A stretch of DNA of 57,267 bases, counting the filler, from Asterionella formosa (taxonomy: Eukaryota), in NCBI GenBank assembly GCA_002256025.1. It is 5 parts of 5 records of this genome, joined end to end, with 100 filler letters (N's around TTAATTAATTAA, not from the genome) between each part and the next. Parts side by side here need not be neighbours in the genome. Positions count along the whole stretch, not along the records: positions 11,508 to 22,901 come from NKIB01008543.1; positions 23,002 to 34,368 come from NKIB01008559.1; 3 more parts are not named here. The stretch is one strand, 5' to 3'. Made by a program: the position numbers and the translations under genes. Below the pieces are notes generated by a model that made no database searches, was not told the DNA's origin, and saw only the letters and a program-made list of their open reading frames with translations. Position 1 is the stretch's first letter, and the number at the start of each line of letters is the position of its first letter. Positions 12,095-24,451 of this stretch are shown here, in pieces.

Positions 12095-12372
12095 TCTAGT
12101 ATACCATGGAGGTCCGGTAATCGAGATATATAGCTTAATCTATCTTTAACCGAAGTAGAAAACGTGTTATACAGGACCTTCCAGGTAAACACAGCCATAC
12201 GTTCCCCCCCCTTGGCCCTCACATATTTACCTACATACGGTATGCATATGTTTATGTAAGATATTGTGATATTTGTACTTATGCCCTCCTCCTCCCAGCA
12301 TCGCCTCCTCAGCCATGCAGCAACACAAGCGAGGTCATGAAAATAATCATGCATACGCACTGTTCAGTACCA

Positions 12373-12470
12373 GGAAAGTTGCGGTACCGGTAATTTTGCT
12401 GGAAATAAAAGTTTAGCTGTCTTTATCCCATATTAAATTGTCAGTTCAAGCAAAATTACTGCAACTTGCA
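12373..12470. repeat. ~95-bp MITE-like element, copy 2
   Basis: Arms AAGTTGCGG(TACCGG)TAATTTTGCT and AGCAAAATTACTGCAACTTGCA; the spacer is similar to copy 1 (TTTAG..ATTAAATTGT). Confidence 0.65.
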
Positions 12471-12730
12471 AAGGTTGGTACGATAGTGGTATGCATACCG
12501 GTACCAGGTACGTGGTACTACCGGGTATATAGATCAACGGTACATTGCATGTTGGCGGTCCGGCAAATACTGGAGAAGCAAAATGAACAGTACATAGTGG
12601 TAAACTACAATGATGAGAGGAGACGCACAAGATACTGTGCCAGCCTCCAAAAATTATCCATCCATCTCGAGTACAACGTATTACCGGTAACTTACTTTGA
12701 TTCCATTACCCGACAATAATATCCATCGAC

Positions 12731-12928
12731 ATGAGACCGACCCTTCCATTACTTATGGCCCGAGGCAAGGGCAAAACAATGCCCATCAAATTAGTTAGCA
12801 CAGCTGGAACGGGCTTCTTCTACACAACACGTAAAAGTGTCACTAAAACTCCAGAAAAGGTGGTATTTATCAAATACGATCCAGTCGTTAGAAGACGAGT
12901 CCTCTTCAGTGAAGCGAAAATTAAATAA
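12731..12928 (+). CDS. rpl33: Organellar (probably mitochondrial) ribosomal protein L33 (bL33)
   Basis: [17 protein letters not shown]...[18 protein letters not shown] signature with a short N-terminal extension. Confidence 0.95.
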   Translation: MRPTLPLLMARGKGKTMPIKLVSTAGTGFFYTTRKSVTKTPEKVVFIKYDPVVRRRVLFSEAKIK

Positions 12929-13159
12929 GAAACAGAACGATGACACTGAGAATTTTGATGGAGGCCTGTGGTCCATCAACGATGACCGGAAATCTAGACA
13001 AAACGTCCGACGTTCCTATCCCAGTCTCACCGCAAAATCTCAAGACTACCAAAACAATTTTTGTTTTTAAGCTAAAGAAGACTCTCATTGTTATTTTCTT
13101 TTCATAATCGTTTACAATGCAATGCCTCCAGCTATTCATGTGTATTCATTTATGTTCAT

Positions 13160-15229
<2,070 letters not shown>

Positions 15230-15376
15230 TCATTTGACTTCATCATTCAACATCATCAGCAACACGAGCCGCACCCAGCGCATGTGATGCCAGGAAACAA
15301 ACGTACGTAAAAAAGAAGTCCTCAAGTCACCAGCAACAGTAAACTGCATTGACTCATTGGAATGTCCCTGGTCCCT

Positions 15377-15386
15377 GACACGTGGC
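15377..15386. promoter_or_regulatory. G-box (GACACGTGGC) in the divergent PDS / PsbP-like promoter
   Basis: CACGTG core at 15379-15384, roughly midway between the two start codons. Function is inferred only. Confidence 0.35.
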
Positions 15387-15625
15387 GCGTGCTGAGAAGT
15401 TGATCAAGTGACGCACACTAGCTATCCATGATGCATTCAAATTTACTATATAAACATATATGTATGCATGGAGTCTACCTAGAGCTGCCAACGCTCCCCT
15501 GGTGCTACCTACGCACATACATATTACATAAATTAGAGTGATTTTTTATGGATATGATGATATATCGGAATGTAATCCTTGTTAGTGAAGATTATAAAGC
15601 GACGAAGAGACAAGCATTCGTGACA

Positions 15626-16242
15626 ATGGCAATCGATATTTGCCGTCCACGACATCTCGTGCATACTTTGGCTGGTCTCCTCCTGGTGAGTAGTGGCACC
15701 CTTTCGTTCTCACCCAATGTGGTACGCGACCACCGAACGACACTATATCAACAACTGCAAGGACACAACAACCATCACAACAATGAACTTGAAGACTCGC
15801 CCCTCCGTCGAACGTTCATTCGTGCCGGTGCTATCCTCCTAGTGCCTCTTCAATCTCGTGCTGATGAGACATTTGCGCGTCAGACGAAGGACTTCTCCTA
15901 CGTCTTTACTCCACCCCCTAATTTTACCGAATCCAAAAAACCATTACCAACTCATTTGGATGAAGTTAATTTCATTTCATCTGACACGAAGGGCTATCAA
16001 TTTGGCATTACCGTGGATCCGGTTAGAATCCAAAGCCTTCGTGAATTTGGTTCCCCGGAAGAAGTGGCAGCCAAGGTTGTCATGGCTGAAGTCAATCGAG
16101 ATGGTGTACTCGATGTTACGTTGGTGGGAGATCCGGTAGCACTGAATGACAATACCTATCTAGTGGACTATGTTTCCAAGGGCAAGCGGGGAAATAAACA
16201 TTTTGTCTGCAAAATTATAGTACAGTCGGGAAAACTACTTGT
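15626..16242 (+). CDS. PsbP-domain thylakoid lumen protein, 3' partial (runs into gap)
   Basis: Signal peptide ending LSF-SP, twin-Arg RRTFI..SRA-DE, KPLPTHLDEVNF and GITVDPVRIQSLREFGSPEEVA. Confidence 0.85.
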
Positions 16243-16834
16243 NNNNNNNNNNNNNNNNNNNNNNNNNNNNNNNNNNNNNNNNNNNNNNNNNNNNNNNNNN
16301 NNNNNNNNNNNNNNNNNNNNNNNNNNNNNNNNNNNNNNNNNNNNNNNNNNNNNNNNNNNNNNNNNNNNNNNNNNNNNNNNNNNNNNNNNNNNNNNNNNNN
16401 NNNNNNNNNNNNNNNNNNNNNNNNNNNNNNNNNNNNNNNNNNNNNNNNNNNNNNNNNNNNNNNNNNNNNNNNNNNNNNNNNNNNNNNNNNNNNNNNNNNN
16501 NNNNNNNNNNNNNNNNNNNNNNNNNNNNNNNNNNNNNNNNNNNNNNNNNNNNNNNNNNNNNNNNNNNNNNNNNNNNNNNNNNNNNNNNNNNNNNNNNNNN
16601 NNNNNNNNNNNNNNNNNNNNNNNNNNNNNNNNNNNNNNNNNNNNNNNNNNNNNNNNNNNNNNNNNNNNNNNNNNNNNNNNNNNNNNNNNNNNNNNNNNNN
16701 NNNNNNNNNNNNNNNNNNNNNNNNNNNNNNNNNNNNNNNNNNNNNNNNNNNNNNNNNNNNNNNNNNNNNNNNNNNNNNNNNNNNNNNNNNNNNNNNNNNN
16801 NNNNNNNNNNNNNNNNNNNNNNNNNNNNNNNNNN

Positions 16835-18332
16835 ACGGTGTCACGCCTGCATCATCATTTCCCTCGTCACCATGATCACGAAACAAACATTCGACCTTCG
16901 ATCCCTTGCACTCCTTCGGATTCTTCTGGGACTGTACTTACTTTATGATGTTTATTCAAGGCTGAAACATGGACGATTGGACCTTCTCTGGTACACATCA
17001 GATGGCTGGCAAGAACCTCACGACTCCCCGCACAATTCGCCCATTCATCAAATTTGGTTCTATCGGGGAAGCGAGCTTTTTCAAGGCCTAGCATTTGGGA
17101 TCGTCGTTATCCTTGCTGTGCTGTTCACATTGGGATTTCACTGCAATGCGCTGAGCAAGTCGCTCTTGTGGGTCGCCGTCGTTGCGATGCAGCACAGGAA
17201 CATGCATTCTCACGACGGATCAGATACATATACTCGACATGTACTATTGTGGTGTTGCCAGTTGCCTGTTGAACAAGTGTGGAGTATTACTCCTCACATC
17301 ACGACCCAGAAAACAACAGAATCAGCAGCCACTCTGGGTCTCGCCCTTCAAATCGTCTTTATGTATCTTGGAACCTGCCTAAATCGAACGACAGACATTT
17401 ATTCATTATCAGAATTGACGAAATCAGAATGGTTACCTCCCCAGTTATCTGCAGTCTACTTTGCCTTGAGTGGCTCGTTTGCCTCGCGAGATATATGGCT
17501 GGGTGATGTTGTCCGACAAACGCCACTCTTGAATCAATTCATGACCTTATCAGCCATGCTTGGGGAAGGACTGGCTCCAATTCTTTGCTTTCTTTTGCCA
17601 TTTTCCTATCAAGACTATCCAGCCATAATTCTTTGGTCCCTTCATTTCGGTCTCTTGCTTCTGATGAATTTACCCAATTGGCAATTTGTTGGAATGCTCA
17701 CCACCGTCGTTTGGATATCATCACGTACCTGGGATCAACTTGAACGGATCACATGGTTGGTTCAATCCTTGAAAATTCATGATACACGAAAAAAGACTGA
17801 CAATGCATCATTGGCTCCGAAACGACAACAAACAAGGCCTTATTGGACTTACTTCTTCATTGCGTACATGACATACAATTGGTTGGGGGAGCGTGGCATA
17901 ATTAGGAAGCACGATAGTGGTGATATTGGGGAGTTTTTGCGCTTTTCACAACATTGGGTCATGTATTCAATTCCTCCCAAAACGGCGGTACAAGCCATTT
18001 TGGTTGGAAAACTGACTGGAAATGATGAGTATGTGGATGTGTGGAAGTGGATCCAAACCAAAGACACTACAACCATTGTGGATTTGGAGCAGCGCCAATC
18101 GAAAATATGGACCAACATGACACACATCTATCCATCACCACGATGGGAACGAGCGCTAGATGGTTGGGGACAGCGAAAGGACATTCAACGAGCTACATAC
18201 TTTTTAGAAAAAATGTGCCATGAAGGAGAATGGACTGAACTAAAACTTGTATGGCAAGATCTTCAAATTGGTGGCCCCAAAAAACGATTTGAGAAGAGAG
18301 GGCCAAACATTCCCATCAATGTAAAATGCTAA
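16835..18332 (+). CDS. HTTM-domain multi-pass membrane protein; 5' end possibly in the gap
   Basis: DLRSLALLRILLGLYLLYD, HRNMHSHDGSD..LLWCCQLP, LQIVFMY and QHWVMYS.PP motifs; several hydrophobic segments; no visible intron. Confidence 0.8.
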
Positions 18333-18459
18333 CGTTATTTGAATGTATCACTTAGTTTTTAATTATCTCATGAAGGCTTGAGACACCCTGATTAAATTTG
18401 AATGTATTATTGCCTGCCATGCACCCTGGAACCATAGAGACTAGCAACACAAAGAAAAG

Positions 18460-18524
18460 TGGAGAACATGGTAATCAAACCTGCCACCTCAGAGGCAGGG
18501 TGTGCTAACCACTAAGCCATTCCC
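18460..18524 (-). repeat. Degenerate tRNA-derived sequence (possible SINE head or tRNA pseudogene)
   Basis: Minus strand reads GGGAA-TGGCTTAGTGGTTAGC (A-box/D-arm-like) ... GGTTTGATTAC (decayed B-box) ... TTCTCCA. The cloverleaf is incomplete. Confidence 0.4.
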
Positions 18525-19100
18525 ATTCTTATAATTCCCATATTTTCAAGTTAGACAAGGAATGATAGCAGCCTCAATAACACAATACATTGGACCATGC
18601 CTTTGTTGTCCTAAGAATGGCAAATTGGGATAACAAGTTGGAGAGTTGGCTTCACTTTGTAATTTGCTTGCCTGACACAAGAGGTACTCATGATGCCTTT
18701 CTTTTTCTCTTCTTGTACTGGGTCATCGCTCATTGTCCATTTGGGCTCATCTAGGACAAGGTAACTTGTTGAACCTTTTGTATAAAATATTTCACTTTAC
18801 CCATTCGTTTATTTAGACGCGGCCACTGAAAACATGATTCAGGAGCATATATTTTATATGAAATATTCATAAACGAGTACCAGTATACATACTATATATA
18901 TTAGTCATAGTGTAAAATCGTATACCACCACCCACCACGTATTAAATTCGTTTGGTCACCACATCACAATCACCCTATGCTTTGCTTTGACCGTCTTGAA
19001 TGATAAAATTCATAAATATAAAATGCGTAGCGACAAGTAATTGAACACCACCACTGCCATCATACAAGAAGCAGTTCCCTGTCGTCTCGTGACCACAATT

Positions 19101-20468
19101 ATGCGAATTGGACAATCAACTTTAATGACATATGCAACACTATTGTCAATTCCATCATCACTCATGATACGAACATCCTTTGCTTTCGTGAGCAGCAGGA
19201 GTGCAAGTCGTCACGTTGCAGTTCCTACTACTTTGATCCATTTGCAACCAGCCCCTCATCTACCGTTGTGCTATTTGGCAATAACAACAAGAACAAAAAC
19301 AACAACTACTACTTCTACTTTTAGCGTCACAGCGGATTCCGACAACAACGACCAAGATGGCGACACTTTGCCATTGGTTCAACTCATTCCTCCATCATCC
19401 TTTGCACAATATACTCTCCCTCATGTCCCTGACGACTACATACCATTATTACCCAATCAACGTCTGCTATGTATTGGCGATGTTCATGGTGATTTATCTG
19501 CTTTGAAAGAATTTTTAGAAGTTGCACAGGTGTATGATCGTACTTCGCAACATTGGACAGGAGGGAATGCCATTGTTGTCCAATGTGGGGATGTCTTGGA
19601 CCGAGGTACAGAAGAATTGGCATGTTTGGAGTTGTTGGCCAATCTGTCTCGTCAAGCAGAACGTCAGGGGGGTAAGCTAATTGTGTTGTACGGCAACCAT
19701 GAAGCTCTCAATGCAATAGGGCTCTTCCAATATGCCTACGAAGGGGGGAATGTGGAATATGAACAAAAGATTGGAGCTGTGATGAACAAGCTGGTTGGGT
19801 CAGATAGATGGCGGATCCAGTATGCAGGCAATCAGCCAGCACGATGGACAGCACACGAACCTGGTGGAATTTTGGCCAATGTTCTCATGAAGCAAATGAA
19901 AGTTGCTGTCCAAGTTGGCAAAACAGTATGTGTCCATGCAGGTCTAACCAAGGATCATTTGGACGATTTTGGTGGCATTGCAGGAATGAATCAGCAAGCA
20001 CGAAAATGGATGGAATCATCGTCTGAGGAATTTGACAATAGTGCCAGCAGCTACCAAACTGTGGATAATATCGTTCAAAGTGCTGACAAACGAGCCAGGG
20101 AAAGTACAGAACTCATGCCGGCTTGTTTGGGTGGTGGGATAGGTGCACCATCGCCTGTTTGGATGAGAGATTATTCAATGCCAGCTGACCTACCTCCCAA
20201 GAATCATCTAGCGCAACAAATGATTAATGATGTACTCAACGCATTGGAATGCGACCGTATGGTTATCGGACACACACCTCAAAGGCACATTAACGCAGCG
20301 CTAGAAGGAAAGGCGTGGAGGATAGATGTTGGAGCTTCGCGAGGAGTGGCATCGGGAACGCCAGAAGTATTGGAGATTGTTGGGGGAGAGGAAGAACAGG
20401 TGAATATACTCAATAAAAACGGAAGGATTCCTGGAATGGAACGGCAAACGTTGCCAGTTTTCTTTTGA
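19101..20468 (+). CDS. Shewanella-like protein phosphatase (PPP-family metallophosphoesterase), likely plastid-targeted
   Basis: GDVHG, GDVLDRG, GNHE, HAG, GHTPQ and IDVG motifs; presequence with SFAF-VS followed by a Ser/Thr-rich stretch. Start could also be 19125. Confidence 0.9.
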   Translation: MRIGQSTLMTYATLLSIPSSLMIRTSFAFVSSRSASRHVAVPTTLIHLQPAPHLPLCYLAITTRTKTTTTTSTFSVTADSDNNDQDGDTLPLVQLIPPSSFAQYTLPHVPDDYIPLLPNQRLLCIGDVHGDLSALKEFLEVAQVYDRTSQHWTGGNAIVVQCGDVLDRGTEELACLELLANLSRQAERQGGKLIVLYGNHEALNAIGLFQYAYEGGNVEYEQKIGAVMNKLVGSDRWRIQYAGNQPARWTAHEPGGILANVLMKQMKVAVQVGKTVCVHAGLTKDHLDDFGGIAGMNQQARKWMESSSEEFDNSASSYQTVDNIVQSADKRARESTELMPACLGGGIGAPSPVWMRDYSMPADLPPKNHLAQQMINDVLNALECDRMVIGHTPQRHINAALEGKAWRIDVGASRGVASGTPEVLEIVGGEEEQVNILNKNGRIPGMERQTLPVFF

Positions 20469-21149
20469 AGCGTGCNNNNNNNNNNNNNNNNNNNNNNNNN
20501 NNNNNNNNNNNNNNNNNNNNNNNNNNNNNNNNNNNNNNNNNNNNNNNNNNNNNNNNNNNNNNNNNNNNNNNNNNNNNNNNNNNNNNNNNNNNNNNNNNNN
20601 NNNNNNNNNNNNNNNNNNNNNNNNNNNNNNNNNNNNNNNNNNNNNNNNNNNNNNNNNNNNNNNNNNNNNNNNNNNNNNNNNNNNNNNNNNNNNNNNNNNN
20701 NNNNNNNNNNNNNNNNNNNNNNNNNNNNNNNNNNNNNNNNNNNNNNNNNNNNNNNNNNNNNNNNNNNNNNNNNNNNNNNNNNNNNNNNNNNNNNNNNNNN
20801 NNNNNNNNNNNNNNNNNNNNNNNNNNNNNNNNNNNNNNNNNNNNNNNNNNNNNNNNNNNNNNNNNNNNNNNNNNNNNNNNNNNNNNNNNNNNNNNNNNNN
20901 NNNNNNNNNNNNNNNNNNNNNNNNNNNNNNNNNNNNNNNNNNNNNNNNNNNNNNNNNNNNNNNNNNNNNNNNNNNNNNNNNNNNNNNNNNNNNNNNNNNN
21001 NNNNNNNNNNNNNNNNNNNNNNNNNNNNNNNNNNNNNNNNNNNNNNNNNNNNNNNNNNNNNNNNNNNNNNNNNNNNNNNNNNNNNNNNNNNNNNNNNNNN
21101 NNNNNNNNNNNNNNNNNNNNNNNNNNNNNNNNNNNNNNNNNNNNNNNNA

Positions 21150-21987
21150 TTACGCTGAAAGACGCAGAAATGATCGAAAAAAGAAACAAACTCTGATACT
21201 TTGGGTTGGTCTCGTCGGAGCCATGGGCATTTGGTTCCTGACCCCATTCTCGGAGTACTTCACCTCCTTTTTATTGGAGTACGTTCCCATGGAATCGGAT
21301 ATTGACATGGGATTGCAAGCATGGGACAGCATGAAACGTACGTACCGGCAAGTTCCAGATGTATGGCATGTCAAGGACATAGGACAAGAACTTGTACGAT
21401 TGCTCCCACGAGCGCATCAAAAGAATCTATTTTGGGACTTTGGTGTCATTCACTCAAATGATGTGATAAATGCCTTTGCACTTCCTGGAGGTATAGTGAG
21501 AGTGACTGATCGTCTTCTGAAGAAGCTTGATCTTTCGGATGGAGAACTAGCTGCCTTGATTGGGCATGAAATGGGACATGTCATTCATCGTCACAGTCAA
21601 GCTCGCATGTTACAGCAGGAGCTAGTGGGATATTTGATTCGGGCATTCACATACGAAGACCATGATAGTCATCAAGAAACCTTTGGAGAAGCCATTGGTG
21701 AATTATTACTTCAATCGGCAGCTGCTGTCGGGACATTAAAATTTTCAAGAAAAGACGAATATGAAGCCGATGCGACAAGTTGGGACCTGTTGATGCAAAG
21801 CAACAAGTATTCTCCCCAGGCAGCCCAATCGCTTTTGCAAAAGCTTTGGGATGCTAGTGGAGGATCTGGTGAAACATCCTGGGAATCTACACATCCTGGT
21901 ACCAAAGATCGAATTGGGGCCCTTCAAGACAAGTGGAGGGCTCTACCACCTTCTCAACGACAAAAGCTCGTGGGTTTAGTGCGTTGA
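21150..21987 (+). CDS. Peptidase M48 (Oma1/HtpX-like) zinc metalloprotease; 5' end uncertain (gap)
   Basis: INAFALPGG, ELAALIGHEMGH, FSRKDEYEAD and STHPGTKDRI. Confidence 0.9.
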
Positions 21988-22096
21988 TAAGGGCTAAAGC
22001 ATATATAGAATTTAGAATGCATTCATTATCCATTATCGCAATTGTGAAAAATGCTACTTAGCAGGCTGGCTCTTGTTGTCACCTCACGGCCGTTTT

Positions 22097-22755
22097 TTAA
22101 TCTCCGATCAATTCAATAAGTTCAGGCTCCTTTCCAGGCAAACCAACCATTTCCACTTCAAAGATAACCGTAGTATCGGCAGGAATACGAGGCTTACCAG
22201 CACTCGAAGGACGACCCTTGGACCCAAAGGCAAGATTGGAAGGAATCGTCAAAGTCCAACGATCACCAACCTTCATGAGGGGAAGTACCTCCTCCACACC
22301 CTAAGTTTTTATGCCATAAATACAAGGAGTGAGACAAAGTGCATTTATTGATGACAAAGGTGTGCGCGTGTGAGTGTGCTCTTTGTATTACCTACCTTGA
22401 GCATACCACCCGATCCAATACGAGTGTAGTATGGTTCAGGTGTGTCAAAAATATCGTCAATTTTATTGCCACCAAGACCAGCAAACGCACGGAATCGAAT
22501 GGCACCCAATTCACCAATTTCTGGAACTGGTCCATCTCCCTTCTTGTTAATCACATACGAGACCCCACTAGGAAGCGTGACGGTTTCATCCTCGGCGAAT
22601 ACAATAGCAGGAAAAAAGGTGGATGCAGCCACACCAAGGAAAGCTGTTTGTAAGAACCCTTTTCTTGTCGTAGTTGCTGTTGCAGCTTGTGGTATGAACG
22701 AAGGAGCCAAAGACGACACTGTAGAGAGAACGAGAGCCAAGATAATAGCACGCAT
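22097..22755 (-). CDS. FKBP-type peptidyl-prolyl isomerase, thylakoid lumen; exons 22755-22396 and 22300-22097
   Basis: GT-AG intron 22301-22395 gives ..RIGSGGMLK-GVEEVLPLMKVGDRWTLTIPSNLAFG..IPADTTVIFEVE. Signal peptide plus TRKGFL..VFA-ED lumen-targeting pattern. Confidence 0.92.
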
Positions 22756-22901
22756 GATTGAGATCGGAACGTTGCTCGTTGTTATGAGAATTTATAGTCG
22801 ATTCACAGTCAAAAAGGACAACACGGCGGAATTATGACTTCATTGGTGCGGCATGCGGGATCCTTTTACAGATTATTTTTACTAATGATGCATGATGACG
22901 A

Positions 22902-23001
22902 NNNNNNNNNNNNNNNNNNNNNNNNNNNNNNNNNNNNNNNNNNNNTTAATTAATTAANNNNNNNNNNNNNNNNNNNNNNNNNNNNNNNNNNNNNNNNNNN
23001 N
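22902..23001. other. Artificial scaffold linker
   Basis: N44-TTAATTAATTAA-N44. Confidence 0.97.
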
Positions 23002-23366
23002 TTTTAAAACGTGTCAAATTGTCTAGTGAAATATCACAGATCTTACTTTTAAGATCACTAAAGCTGAAAACCTATACTTACACTTTGTAATATTGTGAGC
23101 AAGCTTTCTGTTAATAGTCTATCTAGTCGTGTTCTTGCCTGATAACTCGTGTAATCCCGAACAACACTTCTCACACTTTCCTTGATCCCATCAAAATGAT
23201 CTTCCTTACTTTGACAATAAGTGAGCATCTTATCCACTTTTCAATAAGTAAACATCTCCAGTCATTTGTCAATAATTGTCGCATGTTTTGGGTCTTGGTT
23301 TCTAATCACTACTAAGAATATCGATTCTCGACTCATTGGATTCCATATATTTTATCAGTATGGTAC

Positions 23367-23787
23367 TGTTAAAGTGAGCTCATCTACTTAGTTAGGACTC
23401 GGAGTCAAACGAGTCAAACGATTCGAATGAGTTAACTTTGATGTACCAAGCTCTCATCAACCACACATTATACCTTGTTACTCCGACTATAATGAGCCGG
23501 ACAATATAAGCTATTTCGGAAGACCGATAGTTTGAAAATAAATGATCATGGTTAAATACCTATGATCAGTAAGTGTGTGATAGACATGGGTCTATCTATG
23601 ATTGTATGTTTCTAGAGATGGAAACAGCATTTGGAGAATAGTTCGTTTGTTTGTTCAAACAGAACAACCTAAACTAGATTAGTAAACTCACAATAAAAAT
23701 ATAGAAACGGAAAGAGAAACAAACGTCTCTATCTATAGTCTTCTTTGTCTAACGATATAGATCTATCAAAAAGGTAATACTTTAACA
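23367..23787 (+). mobile_element. Solo LTR (421 bp) of a Copia-type retrotransposon
   Basis: Termini TGTTAAAGT...ACTTTAACA, flanked by direct repeat TGGTAC (23361-23366 and 23788-23793). Near-identical to the inverted copy at 40118-40536 that precedes a gag ORF. Confidence 0.92.
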
Positions 23788-24451
23788 TGGTACCTGGTAC
23801 TAGGTATTGCTAGCAAATCCTGATTTATGGAGATAAATTTTCAGTACAGGTATACCCTGTATGTTTGATGTACTTACGATGTATGCCGTATTCGAAATTA
23901 TCTACCCTAGAGGACTCCTTAGACTAACATAAACCCAGTATTTCAAATATGTGGGAAAATCGTCCACATTTTTTTGTCCAGTTGAGGCTGGCTTTCCATT
24001 CCAAACTCTCTTAGCTAAGTAACTTGATATGCCATTAAATTATCATTCAGTAAATCCAAGCAAGTCGTCTTCTGATCAAAGGCAGTTTATTGTGGTCCAT
24101 GACTTGATGTGAAGAATTTCCTGCTTCATTCCCACATACTATACCACTTTGATGACATTGCATGCTCCATCAAAGGCCTTGCGAAGAATGATTACTGCTT
24201 CGCAGCCACAACACGGTTTACAATTTATTGCTGGATTTCAAAGTGTTTCATTAAAAAAATTATAGATCTACAATCTTCGAATCAAATCGTCCAATACATA
24301 CCGAACAATGACCAAGCAGAACAGGGTCACCCCATTAATTCTCATGTCAACGAATTAGATCGAATTGCATTCGATGTAAAATTGACGCAGTAGCTAGTAA
24401 AGCACGTGCATCCCAATTGATTGCAATCACCGTAGAACACCTCGATAGAGT

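Noticed and set aside
16215..21247. Long ORFs spanning N runs (16215-16886, 20279-21247, 20410-21189, 20465-21196, 20472-21158)
   Set aside because: Artefacts of translating through gaps.
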